Shown here: in pieces, positions 19,087-29,493 of the stretch
Layout of the letters: each line of letters starts with the position of its first letter
Position numbering within the stretch: the first letter of the stretch is position 1
NCBI GenBank assembly: GCA_028282585.1
Contig: JANQHR010000144.1
Location: 1-64,000, forward strand
Source of the DNA: Bacteroidales bacterium
Lineage (GTDB): Bacteria; Bacteroidota; Bacteroidia; Bacteroidales; UBA12077
Length of the DNA stretch: 64,000 bases
Direction: 5' to 3'
Program-made: the position numbers and the translations under genes
The notes under the pieces: generated by a model
The model's database searches: none
What the model saw: the letters and a program-made list of their open reading frames with translations, nothing else
What the model was told of the DNA's origin: nothing

Positions 19087-20424
19087 TTAACCAAAATAAC
19101 TGTTTATTGGCCCATAAGCATGGAAGAATCCTGTTAGCATTACTGTATTAACATGTTCTTCCTTGTCTGTTACTCCATCAGAAACAAGTTTTAACCCAAT
19201 ATTCTTTGAATTAAGCACGTAATCTTTAGTAAGAGTAGAACCCAGTGTATCCATTGATTTTAGCTCATTGAAATAATCATTAAAGAACTTATCTCTTGAT
19301 TTATTTCCAATAATGGCTTTCCAAGGCTTAAAAGATGCAGGCAATGAACCAAGCATATCATCTATTTTTTGCTGGAAAGATTCTATATTAACGTAATCTT
19401 TCTTTTCAGGGTCATAAACAGCGACAGGTTTTCCTTTAGCATAATCTAAAATACCTGGTTTTTGAGAGCCATCTGAATTTTGCCCTCCTTTAACATCTAA
19501 AGAGTTAAGTTGGTCAATTAATTCACTATGTAATTCATTATCGTTCAGCCGAGGCTTCATTACAAGCATAATTTTTTGGCATACATCTAAGCCAACATAA
19601 TCCATTAGTTGGAAAATACCCATCGGGCGAACCATAAAATCCTGGCTTATTTTATTCACAGCATAAATAGCCTCTGCAAAACTCATTTTGTCCATTAAAC
19701 TTTGAGCTTGCTTAATTCCAAATATTATGTCGCGCATGAAATGTCCATTTCCTATAAAACCAGCTTTATCATTAGATGGAACAATAATTTTACGTAACCT
19801 TTTTGCATATTCTTTCGCAAAATCAATAACTTCTTGTTTTGTATTATCTGTAACAATCAATTCAACTAGCTTTTGAACTGCGGGAGGGTTATAAAAGTGG
19901 AATCCCAATATTTTGCCATTTATATTAGCAGCAGTATCTAATTCATTAATTGGAACTGATGAGGTATTTGTGAAGAACCAAGGGTCATTATTGTTGTTAG
20001 CCAAGATTTGCTTAACCAGCCTTACTTTTAAATCTGAATCTTCAACTATTGCTTCGAATATTAACCCGGATTTATAAGATGATTCCAAACTAGTACTGGT
20101 GTGTACAATCTTAAGTACATCATCAATATATTGGTCAATAATTTCTCCATTTTCAATTAAGTCGGTACGGTCCTTATATACCTCGCGAAGAGCGACCATT
20201 TTTTTTTCAGCTAATTTTCGAACCTGGGTTTTTAAATAACCATAAAGCCCGGTTAAAGCTGCTGGTGAGACATCAATTGCATTTAACGCAAAATTTTTAG
20301 AACGGTTTTCGGGTTTAAGCTGTAAATCGGCCATTTCCACTGCAGTAAGCAATAGAATACCTGAGCCCATTTTACCTGCTGCTCCCAATACAGTAACGTT
20401 TTGTAGTTTTTGTTCGTAATTCAT
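19087..20424 (-). CDS. 3-hydroxyacyl-CoA dehydrogenase family protein (long form)
   Basis: VLGAAGKMGSG, EAIVED, TNTSS, GFHFYNPP..QKLVE, GFIGN, PMGIFQLMDYVGLD. Confidence 0.88.
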   Translation of the reverse strand: MNYEQKLQNVTVLGAAGKMGSGILLLTAVEMADLQLKPENRSKNFALNAIDVSPAALTGLYGYLKTQVRKLAEKKMVALREVYKDRTDLIENGEIIDQYIDDVLKIVHTSTSLESSYKSGLIFEAIVEDSDLKVRLVKQILANNNNDPWFFTNTSSVPINELDTAANINGKILGFHFYNPPAVQKLVELIVTDNTKQEVIDFAKEYAKRLRKIIVPSNDKAGFIGNGHFMRDIIFGIKQAQSLMDKMSFAEAIYAVNKISQDFMVRPMGIFQLMDYVGLDVCQKIMLVMKPRLNDNELHSELIDQLNSLDVKGGQNSDGSQKPGILDYAKGKPVAVYDPEKKDYVNIESFQQKIDDMLGSLPASFKPWKAIIGNKSRDKFFNDYFNELKSMDTLGSTLTKDYVLNSKNIGLKLVSDGVTDKEEHVNTVMLTGFFHAYGPINSYFG

Positions 20425-20446
20425 ATGGTTTAATTGTTATTTATTA

Positions 20447-21217
20447 TTAATTCCAATTTGGTTTTCTTTTTTCTAAAAAGGCTTTCATTCCTTCTGGCCC
20501 ATCACTTTCGAAAAGTTTTGAGAACTCTTCGCTTTCTAAATTATAAGCTTTGTTTATTTCGAGTTGGTTTCCTTCACGGATTACTTTTTTTAATGCTACT
20601 ATAGCATTAGGTCCATGAACGATAATCTTTTTAGTTATATCTATAGCTTCATTTAGCAATTCACTGGCATCAACAACTTTTTGAACAATTCCCATTCGCA
20701 AAGCTTCTTCAGAATCGATCATTTGCCCAGTTAAAGAAAGAAACAGGGCATTACCCAATCCTGATAATCTTGAAAGCCTTTGGGTTCCACCATATCCAGG
20801 AATTAGGCCAAGGCTTGGTTCTGGTAATCCAAATTTTCCATAATTATTCGAAATTCTGAAATCGCATGCAAGTGCCAGTTCACAGCCGCCACCAAGTGCA
20901 TAACCGTTAACTGCTGCAATAACGGGAATTTCCAGGTTTTCAAGCCTTAAAAAGGTGTTTTGGCCTGTTTTAGAGAACTGATAGCCTTCATCTTTGCTCA
21001 TGTTTTGCATTTCTGCAATATCAGCTCCTGCAATAAAGGCTTTTCCATCGCCTGTAATAATTAATGCCTTAACATTATCATTATTGGCAATGGAATCGAG
21101 GTACTCATTAAATTCCTTAAAAAAAGCACTGTTTAAGGCGTTTAATGCTTGTGGTCTTGAAATTGTTACAATAGCAATTTCACCATCCATTTTTGTTTTT
21201 AGGGTAGTATAATCCAT
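20447..21217 (-). CDS. crt: Enoyl-CoA hydratase (crotonase)
   Basis: RPQALNAL, AFIAGADI, AVNGYALGGGCELALACD, GLPE..LGLIPGYGGTQRL, AFLEKRKP. Confidence 0.9.
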   Translation of the reverse strand: MDYTTLKTKMDGEIAIVTISRPQALNALNSAFFKEFNEYLDSIANNDNVKALIITGDGKAFIAGADIAEMQNMSKDEGYQFSKTGQNTFLRLENLEIPVIAAVNGYALGGGCELALACDFRISNNYGKFGLPEPSLGLIPGYGGTQRLSRLSGLGNALFLSLTGQMIDSEEALRMGIVQKVVDASELLNEAIDITKKIIVHGPNAIVALKKVIREGNQLEINKAYNLESEEFSKLFESDGPEGMKAFLEKRKPNWN

Positions 21218-21384
21218 AGGGTGTAAAATTTATAATGTAATTTTTCTAATTAAATGAAAGTTTAAGAAAAAGAATTTTGTGTAGTTTACCTTCATAATTT
21301 TAGTTTGTAAGCACACAATATAAAAAAATGTTTTCTTAATTGCTAAAATGTATATATCCAAAATTTAATTTATAATTGAAATAA

Positions 21385-21472
21385 TCACTCCTTAAAAAGG
21401 TTGGTTCATACTTTCCTGTGTTTTACCCATCATTTTTTAATTGTTACATATTATTGTTCATCAATACTTTTG
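21385..21472 (+). promoter_or_regulatory. Promoter of the TolC-RND operon with 21-bp periodic candidate LytTR boxes
   Basis: TACTTTTG (-7) at 21465-21472. TCACTC/TCATAC/CCATCA at 21385, 21406 and 21427. Confidence 0.45.
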
Positions 21473-21500
21473 ACTTGTAATTAATTTAAAACTCATTGAA

Positions 21501-22865
21501 ATGAAAAGATTGGTTTATATAGTAATTGTTTTTTTATCAATAAATTATGTAAAGGGGCAATCAAGTGTATTAGATGAATACATACAAGAGGGCCTTGAAA
21601 GTAATTTGGCAATTAAACAAAACCAAATGGCGCTTGAAAGCGCCAGGCATGCGTTAAAAGTAGCAAAAGGTATGTACTTGCCTTCAATAACAACTCAAGC
21701 AAGGTATTCATACGCACAAGGAGGAAGAACCATTGATTTTCCAATCGGTGATTTATTAAACCCGGTTTATAGCACTTTGAATGAAATGCTAGAAGGGCAG
21801 GGTGGTGAAGCTCAATTTCCAATGGTTAAAAACGAGCAAATTAAGTTTTTGCGGGAAAATGAGTATGAAGCTAAAATATCTTTAAGCCAGCCCATTTATT
21901 ACACTTCTATTGCGGTAAATAAAAGGATTGAAGAACAGAAGCTATTTATGTCTGAAGTTGAATTGGAGCAGTACAAGCGAGAACTTACATTTCAAATTAA
22001 GGAAGCTTATTATAATTACATGAAAGCTTTACAATACTATGATTTAATTCAGAAAACAAAAGAAGTAGTTAACGAAAACCATAGAGTTACTAAAAAATTA
22101 ATGGAAAACGGCTTGGTAACTTTGGATGCAGTATTGAGGGCTAAGTCTGAAATAAGTAAAATAGAACTTCATGAAACAGATGCAGAGAAAAATACCGAAA
22201 TGTCGAAAAGTTACTTCAACTTCCTGTTAAATAGAGACCTAAACGAAGAAATTACCATTGCTTCACAAGCCGGTGCTTTTAAAAGCCCTGAAATGACAGA
22301 ATTAACAGACAATGCACTTAATCAAAGAGAAGAATTGAAGTTATTGGAGCATCAGATTATGATAATGGATAATGTTGCTGATTTGCATACGGCTGAGATG
22401 CTTCCCAATTTGGTATTTGCGGTTGATTATGGAATACAAGGCGAGGAATTTACTATTGATAGTGAATCTGATTTCATAATAGGGTCATTTGTTTTAACCT
22501 GGGATTTATTTTCCGGGAATACGAACAGGAATAAAAGGAAACAAGCCTTAATTGAAAAGCAACAAGTTCAATATAGGAAAGAAGAAGCTGGTAAGCAGGT
22601 TAAATTGGAAGTTAAGCAAGATATTTATGAAGTCCGCCAACAGGTAAAGAACCTCAAATTAGCTGAAACACGCAGCTCGGAAGCTGCAGAAGTTTACAGG
22701 ATCATTGAAAAGAGGTACAGGCTTGGAGAAGCACAGTTAATAGAACTTTTAGATGCAAGAAATAACATGACCGAATCGGAATCGCAGGTAATTTTAACCA
22801 AATACGATTATTTGGTAAGCATTGCAAGATTAGAAAAAAGTTCAAATTCTTCGCTAGTATTATGA
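21501..22865 (+). CDS. TolC-family outer membrane efflux protein
   Basis: Signal peptide, two OEP repeats, RYRLG....ELLDAR. Confidence 0.92.
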   Translation: MKRLVYIVIVFLSINYVKGQSSVLDEYIQEGLESNLAIKQNQMALESARHALKVAKGMYLPSITTQARYSYAQGGRTIDFPIGDLLNPVYSTLNEMLEGQGGEAQFPMVKNEQIKFLRENEYEAKISLSQPIYYTSIAVNKRIEEQKLFMSEVELEQYKRELTFQIKEAYYNYMKALQYYDLIQKTKEVVNENHRVTKKLMENGLVTLDAVLRAKSEISKIELHETDAEKNTEMSKSYFNFLLNRDLNEEITIASQAGAFKSPEMTELTDNALNQREELKLLEHQIMIMDNVADLHTAEMLPNLVFAVDYGIQGEEFTIDSESDFIIGSFVLTWDLFSGNTNRNKRKQALIEKQQVQYRKEEAGKQVKLEVKQDIYEVRQQVKNLKLAETRSSEAAEVYRIIEKRYRLGEAQLIELLDARNNMTESESQVILTKYDYLVSIARLEKSSNSSLVL

Positions 22866-22965
22866 TGTTGCATTCAATACCGAATATTTCATATTCACTC
22901 TAAACAATTTAACAAAATAAGTAAGGAATATAAAAATTTGTACTGGTTTTGATTTAATCAAAAAA

Positions 22966-24078
22966 ATGAAAAAGATGAAAAAAATTAAAAAAATTAATAA
23001 CATTTTAAATATTAAACTTATGAGCTTCCTATTATTACTTGCTGGGGTAACAGCCGAAAGCTGCAGCAATTCAGAGGCAAGTGTTCAAAATACTGAAGAT
23101 AAAGGAATACCTGTTAATGTAACCAAACTTGAAAAAGAACAACTCTCCATACCAATATATGTGTCTGGTAATATTAGTGCTAGTAAAGAAAGCCGCTTAA
23201 GTTTTAAAACCGGGGGCATAATTGAATCAATTCATGTTGATGAAGGAGACAAGGTTCAAAAAGGCCAGGTTCTGGCAAAACTGGACTTAAAAGAAATACA
23301 GGAACAAGTAAACCAAGCTATAGTAGGTTTAGAAAAAGCCCAACGCGATTATGACAGAGTTTTGGCTCTTTATAGTGATACCGTAGCCACACTTGAACAA
23401 AAGCAAAATGCAAAATCAGCACTGGATGTTGCGAAAGCAGATTTGAATATAGCAGAATATAATTTAAAATTCTCAACCATTAAAGCACCTGCAGATGGAA
23501 TTATTCTTATGAAGTTTTTTGAAGAGGATGAAATAGTTGGAACCGGAAACCCTATATTTTACTTCGCTTCAGCTGAAGATTCCTGGCAGTTGGTTGTGGG
23601 TATATCTGATAAAGATATTGTTAAACTAAAACTTGGCGATAAGGCAAAAATTACTACAGATGCGTGGCCTGATAAAGTTTTAAATTGTGTGGTTTCAAAT
23701 ATAGCTAATGCACCAGGGCAGTCAACCGGGCTTTATGAGATAGAACTTTCTATTGAAAATCCCGGATTGGATTTAAAACATGGATTTTTTGCAAAAGGAA
23801 AAATATACCCATCTGAAATGAACCTGGCTTATAGCTTGCCAATAGATGCAATCCAGGAAGGTATTGGAAATTTAGTTCAATTTTATACGGTTAGCAAGGA
23901 TGGAAAATTTGCTATAAAGCAAGAAACCAATATTGTAGCAATGAATGAAAAAAAGGTATTTATTCATTCTAATGCACTGGAAGATGATATGCTAATTATT
24001 GTTGAAAAGCAAAAAGAACTAAAGCATCTGGATAAGATTAGGATTATTGATAATCTATGGGTAGCATTATCTAATTAA
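22966..24078 (+). CDS. RND efflux periplasmic adaptor (MFP), lipoprotein
   Basis: LSFKTGG.I..I.VDEGDKV.KGQVLAKLD and TIKAPADG. Lipobox near AESC. The true start may be a later Met. Confidence 0.9.
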   Translation: MKKMKKIKKINNILNIKLMSFLLLLAGVTAESCSNSEASVQNTEDKGIPVNVTKLEKEQLSIPIYVSGNISASKESRLSFKTGGIIESIHVDEGDKVQKGQVLAKLDLKEIQEQVNQAIVGLEKAQRDYDRVLALYSDTVATLEQKQNAKSALDVAKADLNIAEYNLKFSTIKAPADGIILMKFFEEDEIVGTGNPIFYFASAEDSWQLVVGISDKDIVKLKLGDKAKITTDAWPDKVLNCVVSNIANAPGQSTGLYEIELSIENPGLDLKHGFFAKGKIYPSEMNLAYSLPIDAIQEGIGNLVQFYTVSKDGKFAIKQETNIVAMNEKKVFIHSNALEDDMLIIVEKQKELKHLDKIRIIDNLWVALSN

Positions 24079-24116
24079 TATACTTTTCAAGTGAGTTTTA
24101 CTCATCTATTACAATG

Positions 24117-24152
24117 CCGGGTTTGATGTGGTTGGTGTTGAACCCGGTTTTT
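24117..24152 (+). terminator. Intra-operon hairpin with U-tract
   Basis: CCGGGTT...AACCCGG followed by TTTTT. Confidence 0.45.
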
Positions 24153-24179
24153 AAAGCAAAAATGCCTGAAAACCCATAT

Positions 24180-24230
24180 TTCGACTAGCTCAATATGACA
24201 ATGTTTAAAAGTCATCCTGAGTTTATCGAA
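24180..24230. repeat. REP-like palindrome (TTCGAC.AGCTCA..ATGAC type)
   Basis: TTCGACTAGCTCAATATGAC pairs with GTCATCCTGAGTTTATCGAA at about 15 of 20 positions. Confidence 0.65.
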
Positions 24231-24251
24231 GGGCGACAAAAAGATAGAAAA

Positions 24252-27200
24252 ATGAAAATTCCAAAAATAGCCATACAGAATTACCAGTTTACTATAGTTA
24301 TCTTTTTAATGTTAACCCTATTTGGTATTATTTCATATTTTACTATGCCAAAATCAGAAGACCCGGTAACAGAGTGGAATGTAACATCTGTTTTAGTAAT
24401 TAACCCGGGCGCATCGCCGGAAGATATGGAAACGCTGGTAGCTGAACCTTTGGAAGAAGCTTTTAACGAGATTGAAGGAATAGATAAAATTACTTCTGAA
24501 ATATCAGATGGTGTATTTTCATCTTTTATTGAGTATGAATACGGTTCGGATTATGATAAAAAGCATCAGGAAGCTTTACAAAAGATAAATGAAATTAGAA
24601 ATGAGCTTCCCGAAACCATTATAAGGCTGGATGCTCTTCAACCATCTGTTTTGGATGTAAGTATTTACCAGTTGGCTTTTGTGTCAGAAGGTGCTTCTCC
24701 TGCAGAACTTAAAAGAGAAGCCGAAAACCTAAAACGAAATATTGAAAAAGTTTATGGCGTAAGGGCTGTTGAATTAAATGCAGAACAAGATTTAGAAGTT
24801 CAGATAAAAATAAATATGCAACGCTTGGCATCTTATAACCTAACAATAGGCAGGATAGTTTCTATTTTACAAAGCGAAAATATGAGTATTCCAGGCGGGA
24901 GCATAGACCTGGGGAATAAAAAATTTAATGTTTTAACAAGTGGTTTGTACAAAACATTGGACGATATTGGAAATACCGTTGTTAACGCCGGCCCCGAAGG
25001 AATACTTCGCCTAAAGGACATTGCAGAAATTGATTTTGATTACGATAAACCCGAAGTTATAGCTAGGTTGAATGGAAAAGAAGCGTTATGGTTATCCGTT
25101 GAACAAAAAAGTGGAATTAATATTTACAATTTATCCGATAATATTGATGTTAAGATAAATGCGTTTAAGGAAACATTGCCTGACAATATCAAAATTGAGA
25201 CTGTTTTAAGGCAGGCTGATGGCGTTGAAGAACGAGTAAATGGTTTCTTTATGAATTTTCTTGAGGGAATTCTGTTGGTTGGAATTATAATCTTTATAGC
25301 ATTAGGTGCAAGGCCATCTTTAATTGTGATGATCGCCATTCCTGTTTCTGTTTTTGTAGCTATAGGTTTAATTGATGTTTCAGGATATGGAATCCAGCAA
25401 ATGTCAATTGCGGGATTAATTATTGCTTTGGGTATGCTTGTTGATTCAAGCATTGCGATGGTTGAGAATATTTACCGTTACCTGAACCTTGGATTAAAAC
25501 CTAAAGATGCTGCAATTAAGGGTGCTTCAGAAATTGGTGGTGCATTGGTTAGTTCAACAATAACAACCGTTTTAGCATTTGCACCTATGTTAATGATGGG
25601 TAATGACGTTGGAGATTTTATACGAAGTATGATTTTAATCGTTATTTACGCATTATCCATCGCATTATTTGTTGCCCTTTGTTTAACGCCATTTATTAGT
25701 AGCAAAATTTTAAAGAAGAGAAAGGAAAGAAACAAAGAATCTATCTTAAAAAGGTTTACTGAAAACTATTATGGAAAGTGGTTGCAATCGGCTTTAAGAA
25801 AGCCTAGGCTGATTGTGGTAATTAGTTTATTGATTTTTTTAGGATCTATATCCCTCTTACCATTAATTGGGGTTAGTTTTTTTCCTAAAGCGGAGAAAAG
25901 CCAGTTGATGATTACTGTGAAAGGATTAGAAGGAACCAATTTGGCAAATACAAATAAAGCAGTTAAATATGTTGAGTCTGTTGTTAGTAATTATCCCAAG
26001 GTACAGAAAGTAGCTTCGACGGTAGGTGAGGGAAACCCGCAAGTATATTATAATATGCTTAAGCCAAACCCTGCTGCTAAAATAGGGCAGGTATTCATTG
26101 TGCTTGAAACATCCATAGTAAATAAAATGGATAATATCATATCCGAATTAAGGGAAGAGTTCGATAATTACCCGGGAGCAAAAATTGAGGTGAAGGAATT
26201 TATTCAAGGGCCTCCTGTCGATGCTCCGGTTCAAATTAGGTTGTTTTCAGAAAATTTGGATGATTTAAAAGCGGTTGCTTCGGACGTTGAATATATTTTT
26301 ATGGATGTGCCTGGGATTATAAATATTAGTAATCCATACTCGGTTGACAAAACGGACCTAAAAATTGATATAAACCGAGAAAAAGCAGGGAAACTAGGTG
26401 TAAGCATAGCAGACATAGATGTAGCAGTGCGCGCGGTTGTAAATGGTTTAGATGTGGGAAGTTTCCAGGATAAATTCGGGGAAAAATATGATATTGTATT
26501 AAAAGCTTCGGAAGGAGATAATAAAGATTTAAACTGGGTTAATAAGACTTATGTTGCCAACTACGCAGGTTCTCAAATAAAACTTTCGCAGGTTGTTGAT
26601 ATTGTTTTTGATAAAAACATTAAACGTATCGACCATTATGATTTGGAACGCTATGTTTCCATTATGGCAGATGTTGATGAAAATATTCAGTCGATTGATA
26701 AGGCTACAAAGCAGGTTATCGAGCAACTTGAACAATATGATTTTCCGAAAGGAACAACATATATGGTTGGTGGAGAGCAGGAAAGCAGAAGTGAAAGTTT
26801 TGGTGGCCTAGGACAGGCATTAATTATTGCCCTGCTTGGAATATTTGCAGTTCTGGTTCTGCAATTTAAATCGTTTAAACAGCCTTTAATTATATTTACT
26901 GCTATTCCATTATCAATTACCGGAGCATTTTTAACGTTAATGATGCTAGGCTATTCCTTCTCATTTATGGCTTTTGTAGGTTTGACCAGCTTAATGGGAA
27001 TTGTAATTAATAGCAGCATCATCCTTGTTGATTATGCAAACAGGTTAAGGTTAAATGGCAAAAATACCTGGGAGGCTGTTGTTGAGTCGGCTAAAACTCG
27101 TTTTAACCCGATTTTATTAACAACCATTACAACCGTAGCAGGTTTATTGCCGCTTACAATTTTAGGAGGTAAAATGTGGGCACCCATGGGGTGGGCAATT

Positions 27201-27308
27201 ATTGGCGGGTTAATATTTTCAACCTTATTAACTTTAATATTAGTACCAGTGCTTTATTTGCTATTTTCAAATGGTGAGAAAAAGGTTGTTGAAAAGTTGT
27301 ATGAATGA
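24252..27308 (+). CDS. RND transporter permease (AcrB/AcrD/AcrF family)
   Basis: Start re-placed to MKIPK (24252). PGASPE..E, ALGMLVD..I..VEN, GIVINSSIILVD, RFNPILLTT.TT..GLLP. Confidence 0.95.
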   Translation: MKIPKIAIQNYQFTIVIFLMLTLFGIISYFTMPKSEDPVTEWNVTSVLVINPGASPEDMETLVAEPLEEAFNEIEGIDKITSEISDGVFSSFIEYEYGSDYDKKHQEALQKINEIRNELPETIIRLDALQPSVLDVSIYQLAFVSEGASPAELKREAENLKRNIEKVYGVRAVELNAEQDLEVQIKINMQRLASYNLTIGRIVSILQSENMSIPGGSIDLGNKKFNVLTSGLYKTLDDIGNTVVNAGPEGILRLKDIAEIDFDYDKPEVIARLNGKEALWLSVEQKSGINIYNLSDNIDVKINAFKETLPDNIKIETVLRQADGVEERVNGFFMNFLEGILLVGIIIFIALGARPSLIVMIAIPVSVFVAIGLIDVSGYGIQQMSIAGLIIALGMLVDSSIAMVENIYRYLNLGLKPKDAAIKGASEIGGALVSSTITTVLAFAPMLMMGNDVGDFIRSMILIVIYALSIALFVALCLTPFISSKILKKRKERNKESILKRFTENYYGKWLQSALRKPRLIVVISLLIFLGSISLLPLIGVSFFPKAEKSQLMITVKGLEGTNLANTNKAVKYVESVVSNYPKVQKVASTVGEGNPQVYYNMLKPNPAAKIGQVFIVLETSIVNKMDNIISELREEFDNYPGAKIEVKEFIQGPPVDAPVQIRLFSENLDDLKAVASDVEYIFMDVPGIINISNPYSVDKTDLKIDINREKAGKLGVSIADIDVAVRAVVNGLDVGSFQDKFGEKYDIVLKASEGDNKDLNWVNKTYVANYAGSQIKLSQVVDIVFDKNIKRIDHYDLERYVSIMADVDENIQSIDKATKQVIEQLEQYDFPKGTTYMVGGEQESRSESFGGLGQALIIALLGIFAVLVLQFKSFKQPLIIFTAIPLSITGAFLTLMMLGYSFSFMAFVGLTSLMGIVINSSIILVDYANRLRLNGKNTWEAVVESAKTRFNPILLTTITTVAGLLPLTILGGKMWAPMGWAIIGGLIFSTLLTLILVPVLYLLFSNGEKKVVEKLYE

Positions 27309-27400
27309 ATGAAGGCTGGAAGATAAGTTAATGGTTTGATGGAATAATAGATACATGGATTAACGGTGAACTATTATCCAAAATTCTAATAATCCAATTG
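27301..27400. repeat. Degenerate octamer tandem array followed by its inverse
   Basis: ATGG/ATAG-type units at 8-bp spacing (aatggttt gatggaat aatagata catggatt), then tatccaaa attctaat aatccaat. Confidence 0.4.
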
Positions 27401-27511
27401 TCCTGAATAACAAATGTAACAAAACTTTAAAAAAGAAAATAAGTATATTAAACATCTGGAAAAATAAAGCTCGATAATTTTTTGTTAATTTGAGAAAGAA
27501 TACATTTAAAT

Positions 27512-28660
27512 ATGAAGTTTACTTGGTACAATCTTAAGCTAATCATAATCGCAGGAACTATTCCTCCATTATATTTTAATTTGCAGGCATTAATTCAAAC
27601 AGGGGTTAGCAAGTTAGATTCGCCCCGGGATTTTTTTATGTGGTTCGTTATATCTATTGGAGTAACTTTAGCACTAGCTTTAATTATATTTCAACAGCTT
27701 AGGTGGTTAGAAAAAAAGCTTCCATGGAAAAAATATGCTAAGAGTCGGTTGGTTGTTGAATTTTTTATGACGACAGCAACGGTTCTTACCGCAATGTACA
27801 TAATGTCTTTTTTTACTTACAACTTACATATGGAATGGTGTCAATGTGAAACTACTTTTAAGGAACATGTGTTTGAGGAGTTTTCAACTGGAATGGTTAT
27901 GTTAATTATTATATTAAGCGTTACAGAAGGGGCATATTTTTTTAATGAATGGAAACAAAGCCTCATTCGTTCGGAGAAATTAGAGAAGGAAAAAGTAGAA
28001 TCACAGCTCGAAGCCATGCGAAATCAAGCAAACCCTCATTTTTTGTTTAATAGTTTAAATGTGCTTTCTTCATTGGTTCATACAAATCCGGATAAAGCGG
28101 AAGAATTTATCGGGGAGTTTGCATCAGTTTATCGTTATGTATTAAATATCAGCGAAAAAAATGTTGTTACGTTAGAAGAGGAATTAGGATTTTTAAATGC
28201 GTATTTATATCTTCAAAAGGTTAGGTTTAAGGAAGGTTTGGAATGCAATATTGATGTTAGTAAGGAAATGACGGAACATTATGTAGCTCCTTTTTCGCTT
28301 CAAATGTTAGTGGAAAATGCAATTAAGCATAATATAGTCGACAAAGAACATCCATTAATGATAGATGTTTATATAAAAGATTCAAAAGTATTTATTCGTA
28401 ATAATATTCAATTACGTGAAGCAGAAGATAATTCAAATGGAGTAGGTTTATCTAATTTACGTCAACGGTATTTCCATCTGGCTGGAATTATGCCAGAAGT
28501 TAAACAAAACGATAAAGAATTTATAGTAAATATTCCGTTATTGAAACCTGAAAAAAAGGAAACAACAGAAAATACATACAAACATGAACGTTGTTATCAT
28601 AGAAGACGAAACACATGCCGCGGAAAAATTAGAAAGGCAGTTAAAAGAACTAGACCATAA
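27512..28660 (+). CDS. LytS-type sensor histidine kinase
   Basis: 4 TM helices, MRNQANPHFLFNSLN, LQMLVENAIKHN, GVGLSNLRQRY. Confidence 0.92.
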   Translation: MKFTWYNLKLIIIAGTIPPLYFNLQALIQTGVSKLDSPRDFFMWFVISIGVTLALALIIFQQLRWLEKKLPWKKYAKSRLVVEFFMTTATVLTAMYIMSFFTYNLHMEWCQCETTFKEHVFEEFSTGMVMLIIILSVTEGAYFFNEWKQSLIRSEKLEKEKVESQLEAMRNQANPHFLFNSLNVLSSLVHTNPDKAEEFIGEFASVYRYVLNISEKNVVTLEEELGFLNAYLYLQKVRFKEGLECNIDVSKEMTEHYVAPFSLQMLVENAIKHNIVDKEHPLMIDVYIKDSKVFIRNNIQLREAEDNSNGVGLSNLRQRYFHLAGIMPEVKQNDKEFIVNIPLLKPEKKETTENTYKHERCYHRRRNTCRGKIRKAVKRTRP

Positions 28661-29339
28661 TATTAATGTTATTGCGAAGATAGAATCGGTTAGGAATTCA
28701 GTAAGCTGGTTAAAAGAAAACAAACCTGATTTAATTTTCCTGGATATTCATTTATCGGACGGTTTATGTTTTCGTATTTTTGATGAGGTAGAGATCAAAA
28801 CTCCGATTATTTTTACTACAGCGTATGACCAATATGCAATTCAGGCTTTTAAAGTAAATAGTGTTGACTACCTTCTAAAACCCATAAACAAATTTGACCT
28901 GGCTGCCAGTTATGAGAAATTCAACGAATTTCACCAGGGAGGAGCCTTGTTCGACTATTCTACTTTAAAAAATATGATTGGTGATATGAGAGAAAAGAAA
29001 TATCAAAGCAGGTTTTTAGTTGTTCAGGGTGATACCATTAAAACAATATTAGTTGAAAATATTGCTTACTTTTTTGCCGAGGGTAAATATGCTTTTTTAG
29101 TGGATAAAGAGGGAGAACGTTATTTAATCGATACAACATTAGAAAAACTTGTAAGTAACTTGGACCCCGATGAGTTCTTTAGAATAAACCGAGGTGTTAT
29201 TGTTCATCTGGATAGTATAAAAAAAATGAATACATGGTTTAGCAGAAGAATAAAACTGGAGTTGATCCCACCTTTTGAAAAAGAAACCATTGTAAGCACG
29301 GAAAGAGTAAAAGATTTTAAGGAATGGTTAAATCAGTAA
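28584..29339 (+). CDS. LytTR-family response regulator
   Basis: IIEDE, FLDIHLSDG, FTTAYDQYAIQAFKVNSVDYLLKP, FFRINR. Confidence 0.95.
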   Translation: MNVVIIEDETHAAEKLERQLKELDHNINVIAKIESVRNSVSWLKENKPDLIFLDIHLSDGLCFRIFDEVEIKTPIIFTTAYDQYAIQAFKVNSVDYLLKPINKFDLAASYEKFNEFHQGGALFDYSTLKNMIGDMREKKYQSRFLVVQGDTIKTILVENIAYFFAEGKYAFLVDKEGERYLIDTTLEKLVSNLDPDEFFRINRGVIVHLDSIKKMNTWFSRRIKLELIPPFEKETIVSTERVKDFKEWLNQ

Positions 29340-29493
29340 AATCAAATTGAGAAATAGTTAAAAGTTTAATCTGGTAATGATGCAGGAAAATAATGAATTT
29401 GGCTCTTTAGAAATATTTATAAGTACGATTGTATTGGGAATAATTTATGATTTTGCACGAGCTATAACCAGTTTCTTGTTTAACTCAAAATAG

